From NCBI GenBank assembly GCA_009914755.4, contig CP068257.2:31680001-31744000 (forward strand): DNA of 64,000 bases, in the 5' to 3' direction. The DNA is from the human T2T-CHM13v2.0 reference genome, Homo sapiens. The translations under genes and the position numbers were made by a program. Positions 15,561 to 31,432 of the stretch are shown piece after piece (the first letter of the stretch is position 1; each line of letters opens with the position of its first letter). The notes under the pieces were generated by a model. It was given only the letters and a program-made list of their open reading frames with translations. It searched no databases and was not told where the DNA came from.

Positions 15561-16285
15561 ATATATATATGGAATATAGAGATGGAATATATATATGGAA
15601 TATAGAGATGGAATATATATATGGAATATAGAGATGGAATATAGAGATGGAATATAGAGATGGAATATAGAGATGGAATATAGAGATGGAATATAGAGAT
15701 GGAATATAGAGATGGAATATAGAGATGGAATATAGAGATGGAATATAGAGATGGAATATATATGGAATATAGAGATGGAATATATATGGAATATAGAGAT
15801 GGAATATATGTGGAATATAGAGATGGAATATAGAGATGGAATATAGAGATGGAATATAGAGATGGAATAGATATGGAATATAGAGATGGAATAGATATGG
15901 AATATAGAGATGGAATAGAGATGGAATATAGAGATGGAATATAGAGATGGGATATAGAGATGGGATATAGAGATGGGATATAGAGATGGGATATAGAGAT
16001 GGGATATAGAGATGGGATATAGTGATGGAATATAGAGATGGGATATAGAGATGGAATAGATATGGAATATAGAGATGGAATAGATATGGAATATAGAGAT
16101 GGAATAGATATGGAATATAGAGATGGAATATAGAGATGGGATATAGAGATGGGATATAGAGATGGAATATAGAGATGGGATATAGAGATGGAATATAGAG
16201 ATGGGATATAGAGATGGAATATAGTGATGGGATATAGAGATGGAATATATAGATGGAATATAGAGATGGAATATATAGATGGAAT
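15560..16285. repeat. Minisatellite sub-domain G: (GGAATATAGAGAT)n 13-bp unit, with GGGATATAGAGAT and GGAATAGATAT variants.
   Basis: Direct reading. Confidence 0.95.
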
Positions 16286-16288
16286 ACA

Positions 16289-16310
16289 TATATATTCCAT
16301 TGCATTGTTC
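16289..16310 (-). repeat. Right arm of the 22-bp inverted repeat (TATATATTCCATTGCATTGTTC).
   Basis: Reverse complement of 10127-10148. Confidence 0.9.
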
Positions 16311-17089
16311 TTTACAAACATTCATTTAATTATGTAATTGCTAATTAATTGCTTGGTTGTTATAACAACGAAGTATTTGATTCCTTATTTTATCTCATCA
16401 TTTAAATTTTATTTCGCATATTTTCACAATGCACTGGATCTATTACTGAGGAATTTAATTAAATAATCATTCGAACCATGGGCTCGAATTGTTTACTGAT
16501 AAAGCCCGACGACCAAAACAGCCTAGCGACTGCTGTTTGGAGCCCCTCGGCCCAGGGCCCGTGGCTGTTCTCTCCAAGGGACCATCTCGCCCCTCAGCCA
16601 AGTCGCCCGGAAAACGAGCGCTCGACCGCCTCTGCCCCGCTCTCGCTCTGCACACAGCAACGGTCTGGTCGCTCAGCCACTTCCTCCTTCCAGCCTCATC
16701 TGGTTCCCAGGCCGCTGGGGACTCCCAACGCCACTGTCCAAGACTCTAGGGTCAGCAAGCGCCCCGGGCGGAGAAGGGCGAGGACGAAGAGCGCCGGGCC
16801 GCGACCAGGAGCCCACCCGCGCCCTCCGACTGCAGACATGGGGAAGAGACGCGGGAACTCCAAAGTCGCTGGGTCTGCGCAGGTGTGTGCCGCGATCCTG
16901 TGAAGGTCAAGGCCTCCTGTGAGGGGGAGTCGTCCTGGAATGCGATGGTGAAGTGCTCCAGACCGGCCATAGGCCGGAAAGAGTGAGGAAGAAGAGAATG
17001 CAGGAGGCCTGCGATTTCTAAGGCGCGCGCGCACAGGGGTGCTGCAATTAGGATGGGGCAATGGGAGCTTGGAGAAGGGGTGCTAGCTA

Positions 17090-17270
17090 GGAGGAAAGGC
17101 GCGTGCGTGGAGGAACGGCGCGTGCGCGGAGGGGCGGTGTGTGTGTCAGAAGAGGCGGCGCGTGCGTAGAGGGGCGGTGAGAGCTAAGAGGGGCAGCGCG
17201 TGCGCAGAGGGGCGGTGTGACTTAGGACGGGGCGATGGCGGCTGAGAGGAGCTGTGCGTGCGCGAACATG
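17090..17270 (+). promoter_or_regulatory. IFNAR1: Tandem ~38-40-bp GC-box repeats, 3-4 copies of GGCGCGTGCG-(T/C)-(G/A)-GAGGGGCGGTG, immediately 5' of the ATG. A (GT)5 tract sits at 17147-17156.
   Basis: Repeated units are visible by eye. GGGGCGG is the Sp1 consensus. A polymorphic promoter GT-repeat has been reported for IFNAR1 in the literature. Confidence 0.6.
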
Positions 17271-17299
17271 TAACTGGTGGGATCTGCGGCGGCTCCCAG

Positions 17300-17375
17300 A
17301 TGATGGTCGTCCTCCTGGGCGCGACGACCCTAGTGCTCGTCGCCGTGGCGCCATGGGTGTTGTCCGCAGCCGCAG
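17300..17375 (+). CDS. IFNAR1: IFNAR1 exon 1 coding part. It encodes the signal peptide MMVVLLGATTLVLVAVAPWVLSAAA plus the first nt of a Gly codon. A GTGAG donor follows at 17376. The 5'UTR extends upstream into the CpG island; the TSS is not determinable from sequence.
   Basis: Translation matches the IFNAR1 N-terminus exactly. The donor GTGAGA follows immediately. Phase 1 joins the exon 2 acceptor to give GG (Gly-Gly). Confidence 0.95.
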
Positions 17376-18162
17376 GTGAGAGGCGGGGAGGAGAGTCTTG
17401 GCGCAGGGCGGGAGGTAGGGCACGCAGCTGGGCTACGGGGGCGGCGATGCTGTTGGGGGCGACAGACGCCCAGTCTGGGAAACCTTCGGTCCACTTTGCC
17501 GCGCCAAAGATTAAACCCGACCTGGGCTCGCAAATCAACCAGGAGAAAGTGGTGTTCTGGGTCCTCTCTTGCCGCTTGCCTGTGGCCGTGTACGGGTCCT
17601 CGGGAGCGCCCGGGTCCCACCCCCGTGAAATGGCGGTGCCAGAGCTTTGTGTCGAGTTTGATTCTTTCCGGGAAAGTACCGCGGCTCCGCTGGTCTGTTT
17701 GATAATAAACAAAACATTTCCCGAAATGCATTTCCTCAATCTGGTGAATAGGCGCCCAGTCCCACGGGGGAGTGAGCTAAGTGTGGCCAGGATTTCTCTG
17801 CCCTCAGGATTCATACAGGCCAATAAAAAATGACAGTCGGAGTGACTGAAGCATAATTGTCAGTTCTCGAGGTTTACTAAGCCTGCTTCAGGGCGCATCC
17901 GGGAAAAACGTGAGCCACAAACACGTCTGTGACTGGTTTTCCAGAGGTTTTCAGGAGGTGGGGCAGGAAGGCAGTAAGGCAAATAGTTCTGTGAGAATTT
18001 AGTTAGTGCCCAAGAAATCTGTATTTTAAGATACCATGAGTGTCTTGAAGAGAAAAAGAGAGTAAAGGGAGTCAGTTATGCAGATGCCTCTGGGTAGATG
18101 GAGTCTTGACTTTGTTTTGCACCTGAGAAGATAAGCTTGTAATTGACATGGTCAGTGTGGAA

Positions 18163-18452
18163 GGCCTGAACTAGTTTTTCAGATTAACTTTGGAATGCCA
18201 TTTGTTGAGAGGAGAGGTCCATTCACATTGTTGGGGGGCTTAGAATTTTATTTTTGGTTTACTTAACTACCTACTTTTTTCCCAAAGAAATAATCATGTT
18301 CAAAACTCAATGAAATGTTATCTAAATGAGATTGTAATGTTGCTCAGTCTTTCAGAAGTCATAAAAATAGTCATACTTTTTAAACTAGTAAATGCAATTC
18401 TAGGACCCAAGACTAAGAAAACTGTCCAAAATATGGGAAGACATTTTTATTT
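18163..18452 (+). repeat. Copy 1 of a ~310-bp local direct duplication in IFNAR1 intron 1. Its partner is at 20644-20958.
   Basis: Long stretches match by eye, about 85-90% identical (e.g. ...tttggaatgcc..ttagaattttatttttggttta..gagattgtaatgttgctcagtctttcagaagt..taaatgcaattctaggac..aaaatatgggaagacattt). Confidence 0.8.
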
Positions 18453-18455
18453 ATA

Positions 18456-18742
<287 letters not shown>

Positions 18743-20643
18743 TCTATTTATGTTTTAGACTTTAGTTTTAGGAACTAGACTTAGGTTGTAGACCTGAAGT
18801 TACAGTTGGCATCCCCTTGTTTATGGGAGACCAGCAAAGAATTGACTTATGAATGATCTGTCAGGGTAGCCCTTCGCAGATGGCTGAGTCTTTTTATCCT
18901 TCCTTGGGGATTTGGCTGAAGCATAATGCTAGTAACAGCCATTCGTTTGGAAGAGGGTGTTGCAGTCACTTGGCCTCTGGGCTTAACTAACTTCCCTTTT
19001 GCGTAAGAAAGTTGGGAGAGGTCCTGAGATTTTTTTTTTTCTTTTACAAAAATAATAAAAGAAAAATACAAAGGCAGGGCGTCACCAGGCTAATTTGCTG
19101 AAATTCTTCATACTTACTTGGGATGCATGGGGGAATGGCAACTATTACAAGGTTGATAGAGAGTGAGAGGTAATTTTGTAGTGAGGAGGGGTACCCAAAG
19201 AGAATCAGGGCTAGCATCCCAGTGCAGGAGTCCAGGTGGTCTGTGAGCCTGCAAGTGAGTTCAAAATACTTTACCTGTTGGCTTAGGAAACCATATACCT
19301 GTGTGGTACATGATATCCTATTTCTCAAACTTTTCCACAAATATGTAGTATACTTTTCCTAGGATGTGGGTACTAGGGTCCTGGTGCATCCCATAGTAAT
19401 TTCTTTGAAGTCTTTTGTTTATGAAAAACTTGCATTAAACTCATGTTTGGTTTGATGTGAAAAAAGCTTTCCCAGAATTTTCATATAAAATTGACATTCC
19501 AGGAGGGTGTGCATTAAGAAATTAATTTAAAATTAGGTTAGCGGACAGGTGGCAAGATATAATTTATAGGCATTTATCATTTCTTAAGCTCTTAGCTGTG
19601 TGCCAGGCAGTAATCTAAGTGTTTTAAAGGTATAAACTCATTAAGCTTTCAGAGCAGTGTAGATACTGTTATGCTTAGTTAACAGACAAGGAAACTGAGC
19701 AACGGAGAGATCAAGTAACTTGCCTGAGGCTGTATAGGCCAGTCCGTGGAGGAGTGGGAAGTCAAATCCTGAGTCTGGACTAATAGCCTTGGGGCTTAAC
19801 CAGACTAGACTGTTTTCCCAAAGGCCAAACAATTTAAATTCCTGATTGTCCACTTGTATGTTAAGGGCCTAATTATCAGTATCTTTCAGTTAACTGTGAG
19901 CCCAAAAATATCTGAGACCGGTCTGAAATCAACTTAGAAAGTTTATTTTGCCAAGGTTAAGGATGCATTCATGACACAGCCTCAAGAGGTCCTGGCCACA
20001 TGTGCCCAAGGTGGTCAAGGTCCAGCTTGCTTTTATACATTTTAGGGAGACATATCAATCAGTACATCTAAGATGTACATTTGATTGGTTCGATCTGGAA
20101 AGGCAGGACAACTCAAAGCAAGGCTTCCAGGTCATAGGTAGATTTAAAGATTTTCTGATTGGTAATTGGTTGAAATCAATGGAAAGGAATGTCTGGGATG
20201 TCCTAAGGGGTTGTGGAGACCAAAATTTTATCATGCAGATCAAGCTTGTCCAACCCACAGCCCACTGGCCGCGTGCAGCCCATGATGGCTTTGAATGCAG
20301 TCCAACACAAATTCGTAAACTTTCTTAAAACATGAGGGGTTTTTGTTTTGTTTGTTTTCTTTCTGTTTTTTTGTTTGTTTGTTTTTAGCTCATCAGATAT
20401 TGTTAGTGTATTTTGTGTGTGGCCCAAGACAGTTGTTCTTCCAGTGTGGCCCACGGAAGCAAAAAGAGTGGACACCCTTGATGCAGATGAGGCCTGCAGA
20501 TAGCAGGCTTCAGAGAGAATAGATTGTAACTGTTTCTTGTGAAACTTAACGTCTGTGTTGTTGTTAATGGTGGTTAGCTTTTTCTGAATTCCAGAAGAGA
20601 GGAGGGTATAATGAGGCATATCCAAACCTCACTTCGCATCATG

Positions 20644-20958
20644 GCCTGAAGTAGTTTTTCAGGTTAGCTTTGGAATGCCCTTGGTCAGGAGAAGGGGTCC
20701 ATTCTGATGGTTGGGGGACTTAGAATTTTATTTTTGGTTTACGTAACTATCTACTTTTTCCCCAAAAAAAATCATGTTGAAAACTCAAGACCTTAAGTTT
20801 ACAGCTCAAGCTGATCCTGAAAGTTATCTCAGTGAGATTGTAATGTTGCTCAGTCTTTCAGAAGTTGTATAAATGTACCTTTTAGCCTAGTAAATGCAAT
20901 TCTAGGACTCTAGATTAAGAAAACTATCCAAAATATGGGAAGACATTTACTTACATAT
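20644..20958 (+). repeat. Copy 2 of the intron-1 local duplication. It carries an extra 33-bp insert, accttaagtttacagctcaagctgatcctgaaag, and no Alu.
   Basis: Same alignment as copy 1. The insert motif recurs at 22716-22745. Confidence 0.8.
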
Positions 20959-22769
20959 TTGTACAGATATCTATATTTGGATTTATGTCAGACTTAAAGA
21001 TATAGTAAACCATTTTGGTCGTGAAAATGAATGTGAAAGGTTGAAAGCAACCAAAATTATAAATGCATTATATATATATTAGATTAAATGTCCATTTATA
21101 CATTTACATGTGGGGTAATTAATTGTTAATATACTAATATAAAACATTTTAATATACTAGTAAATTAATATATTGTATGTTAATGTTACATAACAATTTA
21201 TGAAAAAATTATTAAAAGGAGATTGCCAATAATAATAGAGCAAAATCTGTGAAAACTAAAATCCTGTTTAATAACTTTATTTCCAAGCCCCTGTCCATTT
21301 ATCAGTCAGTTATTTGTTGGTCTTCCAAATGCCAACATGCCTGTAACTTCAGGGTCTCCTTCTTTTAGCAGTAAAGGATTTTTTTTCTCCCTGAGGAAAT
21401 CACTAGCTGTACCCTATAACATTTTCTATTCTTGTCTCAAGGCCCAAAATTACTAGAATTATAATATTCTGCACAAGATATTGTAAATACTACAAATGCC
21501 ATCAGATCTTTTGTTAAACTCTGTAAACCCAGTTGCTACCCTTTGGCTGCATAGAATCTATAAATTCTAACAAATGGATGAGAACCAAGTTAAGAATTCT
21601 AGAGTGGGATAAGGGGATGTGATGTATTCTATTCAGGGATGAAGTTTTAGAGACTCCAAGTATGAAACAGAAAATTGAGGATGGGGAGACCTGATGGGTA
21701 CCACATTAAGTTTAAAAAAAAAAAAAGTGTTTTCTCAGCTGTCTCCCCTTTTGACCCCATACTATAAGATCTAACTGGAAAGAGCAAGAAGCTGTCTCAG
21801 TTAAGAAAGTTCTATACAAGAACCCCTGTGGTAGAACAAGTCTACAACAAGATAACATGATTGCCCCAAGGCAGAAGTAAAAGAAATATTGTAGGAACCA
21901 TAAATGAATTTAAAAGCTGATCTTTTAAAAAATATATAACTTATCAAAGTGAGAGATCAGTCCTTTATGATATTTAAGGAGTTCCTGTGAATGCACCATT
22001 ATGCTGGATACTCTGAAAAAATGCAAATCAAGTATGAAGCGATATAAATTCTGCCCTTAAGGAACTTGCAATCTAGTTGGAGATTTATGTTTAACACAAA
22101 GAAGCAGTTTTTACAAATACTTCTTTTGAGGATTCTGGGAAGATGGCAGAGTAGAAAGCACCAGGAATCTGTCTCCTCACCTAGACAAGAATTGTACTGG
22201 CAGAATCTGATGTAACTATTTTGGAACTCTGGAGTCTATTGCAGGCTTGCAACTTCCAGGGGACAGACTTAGATGGTAAATTGCAGTTAATTTTGGTCTA
22301 TTTGAGCTCTTAGTACAGTAGCAGCTACCCATCTTCCACCTCTCAACCCTTAGCAGACAGCTGTGCACGTTATTAGAGCAATCTGCACACAACTTACAGG
22401 AATCAGGTGGGCAAAAAGAAACACACCATCCAGATATCTGGGATCTGTGCTCTTGATTGGTCATTGCTCCTTCTCGTCACAAAAGCGCAAAGAGATGGGC
22501 GGTTGTTGTTGTTACACCTTACTCATTGTTACAACCCCCTCCCCACTCACTCCCCTGCCCCATGGATTTAAAGGGCTAGAAATCTCCCTCTGCTTCATTT
22601 TTCTCTTTCACTTTTGGGAGCCGGATATTAAAGACTAGGACATTTAAAAACAACTGCATTTATGGGGAAAATTAGAAAGTCACTGTACATACCTAGGGAA
22701 AGGCTCAGGAGAGACCTTAAGTTTATAGCTCAAGCTGATCCTTGGCACAGGATTAACAACAATTACACA

Positions 22770-26131
<3,362 letters not shown>

Positions 26132-26145
26132 GCGGAATATTTTTT

Positions 26146-26640
26146 AAATGACTCAATTATATGCTTTCTATAAGAAACCCACTTCACCTATAAAGACACA
26201 TATAAACTGAAATTGAAGGGATGGAAAAAGTTATTCCAAGCAAATGGAAACCAAAAGCTGTCAGGAATTGCTATACTTATGTCAGATTAAACAGACATTA
26301 AGTCAAAAACTGTAAAAACAGACAAAGAAGGTTATTATATAATGATAAAGGGACCAATTCAGCAAGAGGATATAACAATTCTAAACATACATGTACCCAA
26401 CACCAGAGCACCCAGATATATAAAGTAAATATTACTATACGTAAAGGGAAAGATAGACTCCAATATGATAGTAGTTGGGGACTTCAGCACCCCACTCTCA
26501 GCTTCGGACAGATCAGCAAACTCCAAGTACAGTGAACTCAAAGAGACCACACCAAGAAACAGTCAAACTTTTGAAAGCCAAAGACAGAGAAGTGACTTGT
26601 CATACACAAGGGATCTTTGATAACATGATCAGCAGATTTC
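26146..26640 (+). mobile_element. Continuation of the same L1 ORF2 (endonuclease region) after the Alu insertion.
   Basis: A typical L1 ORF2 N-terminal sequence is recognisable (...HLYRQTSEKPTQTFESQ-like). Confidence 0.7.
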
Positions 26641-26699
26641 TCACCTGATACTTTGGAGACCAGTGTATTCAAAGTGCTAAAAAAAACAAAACCAAAAAA

Positions 26700-26856
26700 C
26701 TCAAAACCCTGTATATGGCAAAATTGCCCTTCAAAAGCATAAGGAAATTAAGATGTTCTTAGATAGACAAAAGCTAAGGGAGTTCATTACCGCTAGAACT
26801 GCCCTGCAAGAAATGCTTAAGGAAGTCCTGAAAGGTGAAATGAAAGGGCACTAGAC
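26700..26856 (+). mobile_element. Separate L1 ORF1-tail fragment (..KLREFITARTALQEMLKEVLKGEMKGH*) directly abutting the USF1 pseudogene.
   Basis: The conserved L1 ORF1 C-terminal motif and the inter-ORF sequence gaaatgaaagggcactagacag. Confidence 0.6.
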
Positions 26857-27340
26857 AGAGGGGACAGTGCAGATTCAGGCAGGTGCAATGGCTTCTGGGG
26901 AAGACCCAGCCAGTGGGGCTATTGCCAGCATCCAGTCAGCTGCCACCTTCCCTGACCCCAGTGTCAAGTGATGCGCAGGGTGATCCAGGTGTGTGAGGGG
27001 CAGCTGGATGTCCAGACTGAGGGCACTGGTGCCATCAGTGGCTATCCTACCACTCAATTCATGACCCAGGTGGTGATCCAGGGTGATATCACCAGTTATG
27101 ATGCAGTTAACACAGAGGGGAAAGCTGCTGAGATACACTATACTTTCCCACCCCTGCAGTGGGAGATGGGGCAGGGGGTACCACATCAGGGAGTACAGCT
27201 GCTGTTGTTACTACCCAGGGCTCAGAGGCACTGCTTGGGCAGGTGACTCTTCCTGGCACTGGTCAATTATTTGTGATGATGTCACCACAAGGAGTACTGC
27301 AGGGAGGAAGCCAGCACTTGATTGCCCCTAGGACTCAACC
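26857..27340 (+). pseudogene. USF1-derived intronless pseudogene fragment. It is 5'-truncated near codon 12, covers roughly aa 12-190 of USF1, and has frameshifts. It is embedded in an L1 remnant inside IFNAR1 intron 1.
   Basis: Translations in shifting frames read TVQIQAGAMASGEDPASGAIASIQSAATFPDPSVK..VIQVCEGQLDVQTEGTGAISGYPTTQFMTQVVIQGDITSYDAVNTEGKAAEIHYTFPP..GAGGTTSGSTAAVVTTQGSEALLGQVTLPGTGQLFVMMSPQGVLQGGSQHLIAPRTQPY. These match USF1 as I recall it, colinear and without introns. Confidence 0.6.
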
Positions 27341-27709
27341 TTATTTATTTGGACGTAACACCATTGTAAGTCAAGAAGCATCTCTATCTATCTATGAACA
27401 TACAATGTGAAATCAAATTGAGGCCATAAAACAGTTGAACCTCATCATAAGAGTGACTCATCGGTGTCACTTCTAAGACCAAGAAAAATTCTATTTTTAT
27501 GCAGAGACCATTTGTTTTTTAATTAAAAGACAACTCTATTTCAAAGAGGAAAAAAAATCAACTCTTTTTTCAGCTCTCTCAGATGCAGAAATGTAATTAT
27601 CAGCATCCCTGTGCTGGGAGCAATCATTAGTTTTTTTAGATTTTTAAAATATACTTCATTATGTTTCACTGTATTCATTCTTTAATCAGGGATGTGAGGG
27701 ATAGAATAA

Positions 27710-27922
<213 letters not shown>

Positions 27923-28159
27923 TGACCTGAATAATTTTTACAAGTTTAACAACACCATAATTTTTAGATTTGGAAAGTGTTTGGTTTTTCTATTTTTTAG
28001 AAATGTTACGCCTATTTTACATAATATTTTTAACTTTGTTTCTGTAGAGACTTAGTCAAATACATCTTTGGGTGTTGAAGCAAAAAATTGGGGATGAGGG
28101 TGGTAGACAGCGTCTCTAACCCATAGCCATTCCTTCTTTCTTCTGGGTGTTCCAGCTTC

Positions 28160-29291
<1,132 letters not shown>

Positions 29292-29320
29292 CTAGATACA
29301 CTTTGTAAATATATTGTTAA

Positions 29321-29497
29321 CTGGGCATGGTGGCATGTGTCTGTAATCCCACCTACTTGGGAAGCTGAGGCAGAAGAATCGCTTGAACCCAGGAGACAGA
29401 GGTTGCTGTGAGCCAAGTTTGCACCACTGTACTCCAGCCTGGGAGACAGCAAGACTCCATCTCAAAAATAAATAAATAAATAAAATAAAATAAAAAT
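29321..29497 (+). mobile_element. Partial Alu (right half) with an (AAATA)n tail.
   Basis: ctgggcatggtggcatgtgtctgtaatcccacctac... Confidence 0.8.
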
Positions 29498-29824
29498 CGA
29501 TATATTGGACCTTGCATTTCTAAAGACTCAGTTTTTCTGGAGTGTTGATGTCTCTTCCTTAGTACTTTCTACTTAATTATTCAAGAGGAGAGGCAGGCAG
29601 AAGGAGGAATATAGAAGGGAACACAGATCAGGAAGTACAGTACTTTGCCTTCCGATTATGTGTTGGGGCCCCACCTGCCAACCATGTTCCCCTGTCCAAG
29701 AAAAAGCAGGCAATGAAGAAATAAGGCATTAGGCCCTCCGGAACCAGGAGCCCACCACTTCAGCCACAGCTGTGACACTATTCTCGAGTTGTAACTAAAA
29801 CTGGCATATGAATCTCACAGCTTC

Positions 29825-30055
29825 AGTAATTGTGTATGCATATATAAACAAATACACACTGTATATATGCATATATACACTATATATATACATACTGTAT
29901 ATATACATTACACTATATATAATACATACTGTATACATACATATACACACATTGTGTATACATACATATACACACATTGTGTATACATACATATACACAC
30001 TATATATACATATACACACTGTATATGTATATGTATATACACACACAAATTCATA
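29825..30055. repeat. (TATACATACACAC)n-type simple repeat.
   Basis: Direct reading. Confidence 0.9.
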
Positions 30056-30229
30056 TATGACTTTTCTCAGAATTGATCATTTAAAATTTTTTATCTCTAG
30101 AGATTTTCATTAAATTGAACTTTGAGTTTGGTTACCAGTTTTGTTTTTTCCCTTAGTTTGGAATTTCCTTATGAACAACTATTTTAGGTAGAGAAGGAAT
30201 TATTTCAGATACCCTTATTTAATGTTACT

Positions 30230-30792
<563 letters not shown>

Positions 30793-30893
30793 CCCAACAA
30801 ATATTGAATATATTTCATGCCAAACACTCTTCTGACTGCTTAGACTGCCTCAGTGAACAGGAGAGGCAAAGATGGCATGAAGTTATATTATGA

Positions 30894-31432
<539 letters not shown>

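Larger units (their letters stand above)
10127..16310. repeat. Compound AT-rich minisatellite, about 6.2 kb, built on GGAATATATATAT-type units. All units run in one orientation (GGAAT on the + strand).
   Basis: Direct reading shows uninterrupted tandem repeats. Very long stop-free six-frame 'ORFs' (Y/I-rich) on both strands are the translation signature of this repeat. Confidence 0.97.
16480..17720 (+). promoter_or_regulatory. IFNAR1: CpG island and promoter of IFNAR1. It covers the upstream region, the 5'UTR, exon 1 and the start of intron 1.
   Basis: GC content jumps abruptly at about 16480 after the AT-rich array. CpG dinucleotides are dense and there are many GGGCGG/CCGCCC boxes. The ATG at 17300 lies inside the island. 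Confidence 0.85.

Noticed and set aside
10127-16310. The idea that the AT-rich array is a DNA transposon because of its perfect 22-bp terminal inverted repeats.
   Set aside because: The interior is pure tandem satellite with no transposase remnant. No target-site duplication is apparent outside the inverted repeats, because the left flank is an Alu 3' end. A palindromic-seed or fold-back origin fits better, so I report it as a repeat with inverted termini rather than as a mobile element.
10014-16325. Very long ORFs on both strands (up to 1489 aa; 10014-14483 minus, 11820-15605 plus, and others) made of YIYIFHIY or MEYIYGIY peptides.
   Set aside because: They are translation artefacts of the stop-free (GGAATATATATAT)n array. 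They have no start or stop context, no codon periodicity other than the repeat itself, and are readable in all six frames.
16467-17833. Multiple 60-225-aa ORFs on both strands in the 16.4-17.8-kb region, for example 17146-17823 minus and 16478-16903 plus.
   Set aside because: GC-rich CpG-island sequence is intrinsically stop-poor. The only frame with protein support is the IFNAR1 signal peptide at 17300-17375 followed by a canonical GT donor.
20203-20625. A 140-aa minus-strand ORF in intron 1.
   Set aside because: It has no recognisable homology. It overlaps T-rich and low-complexity sequence and lies within the duplicated-segment region, so a chance ORF is most likely.
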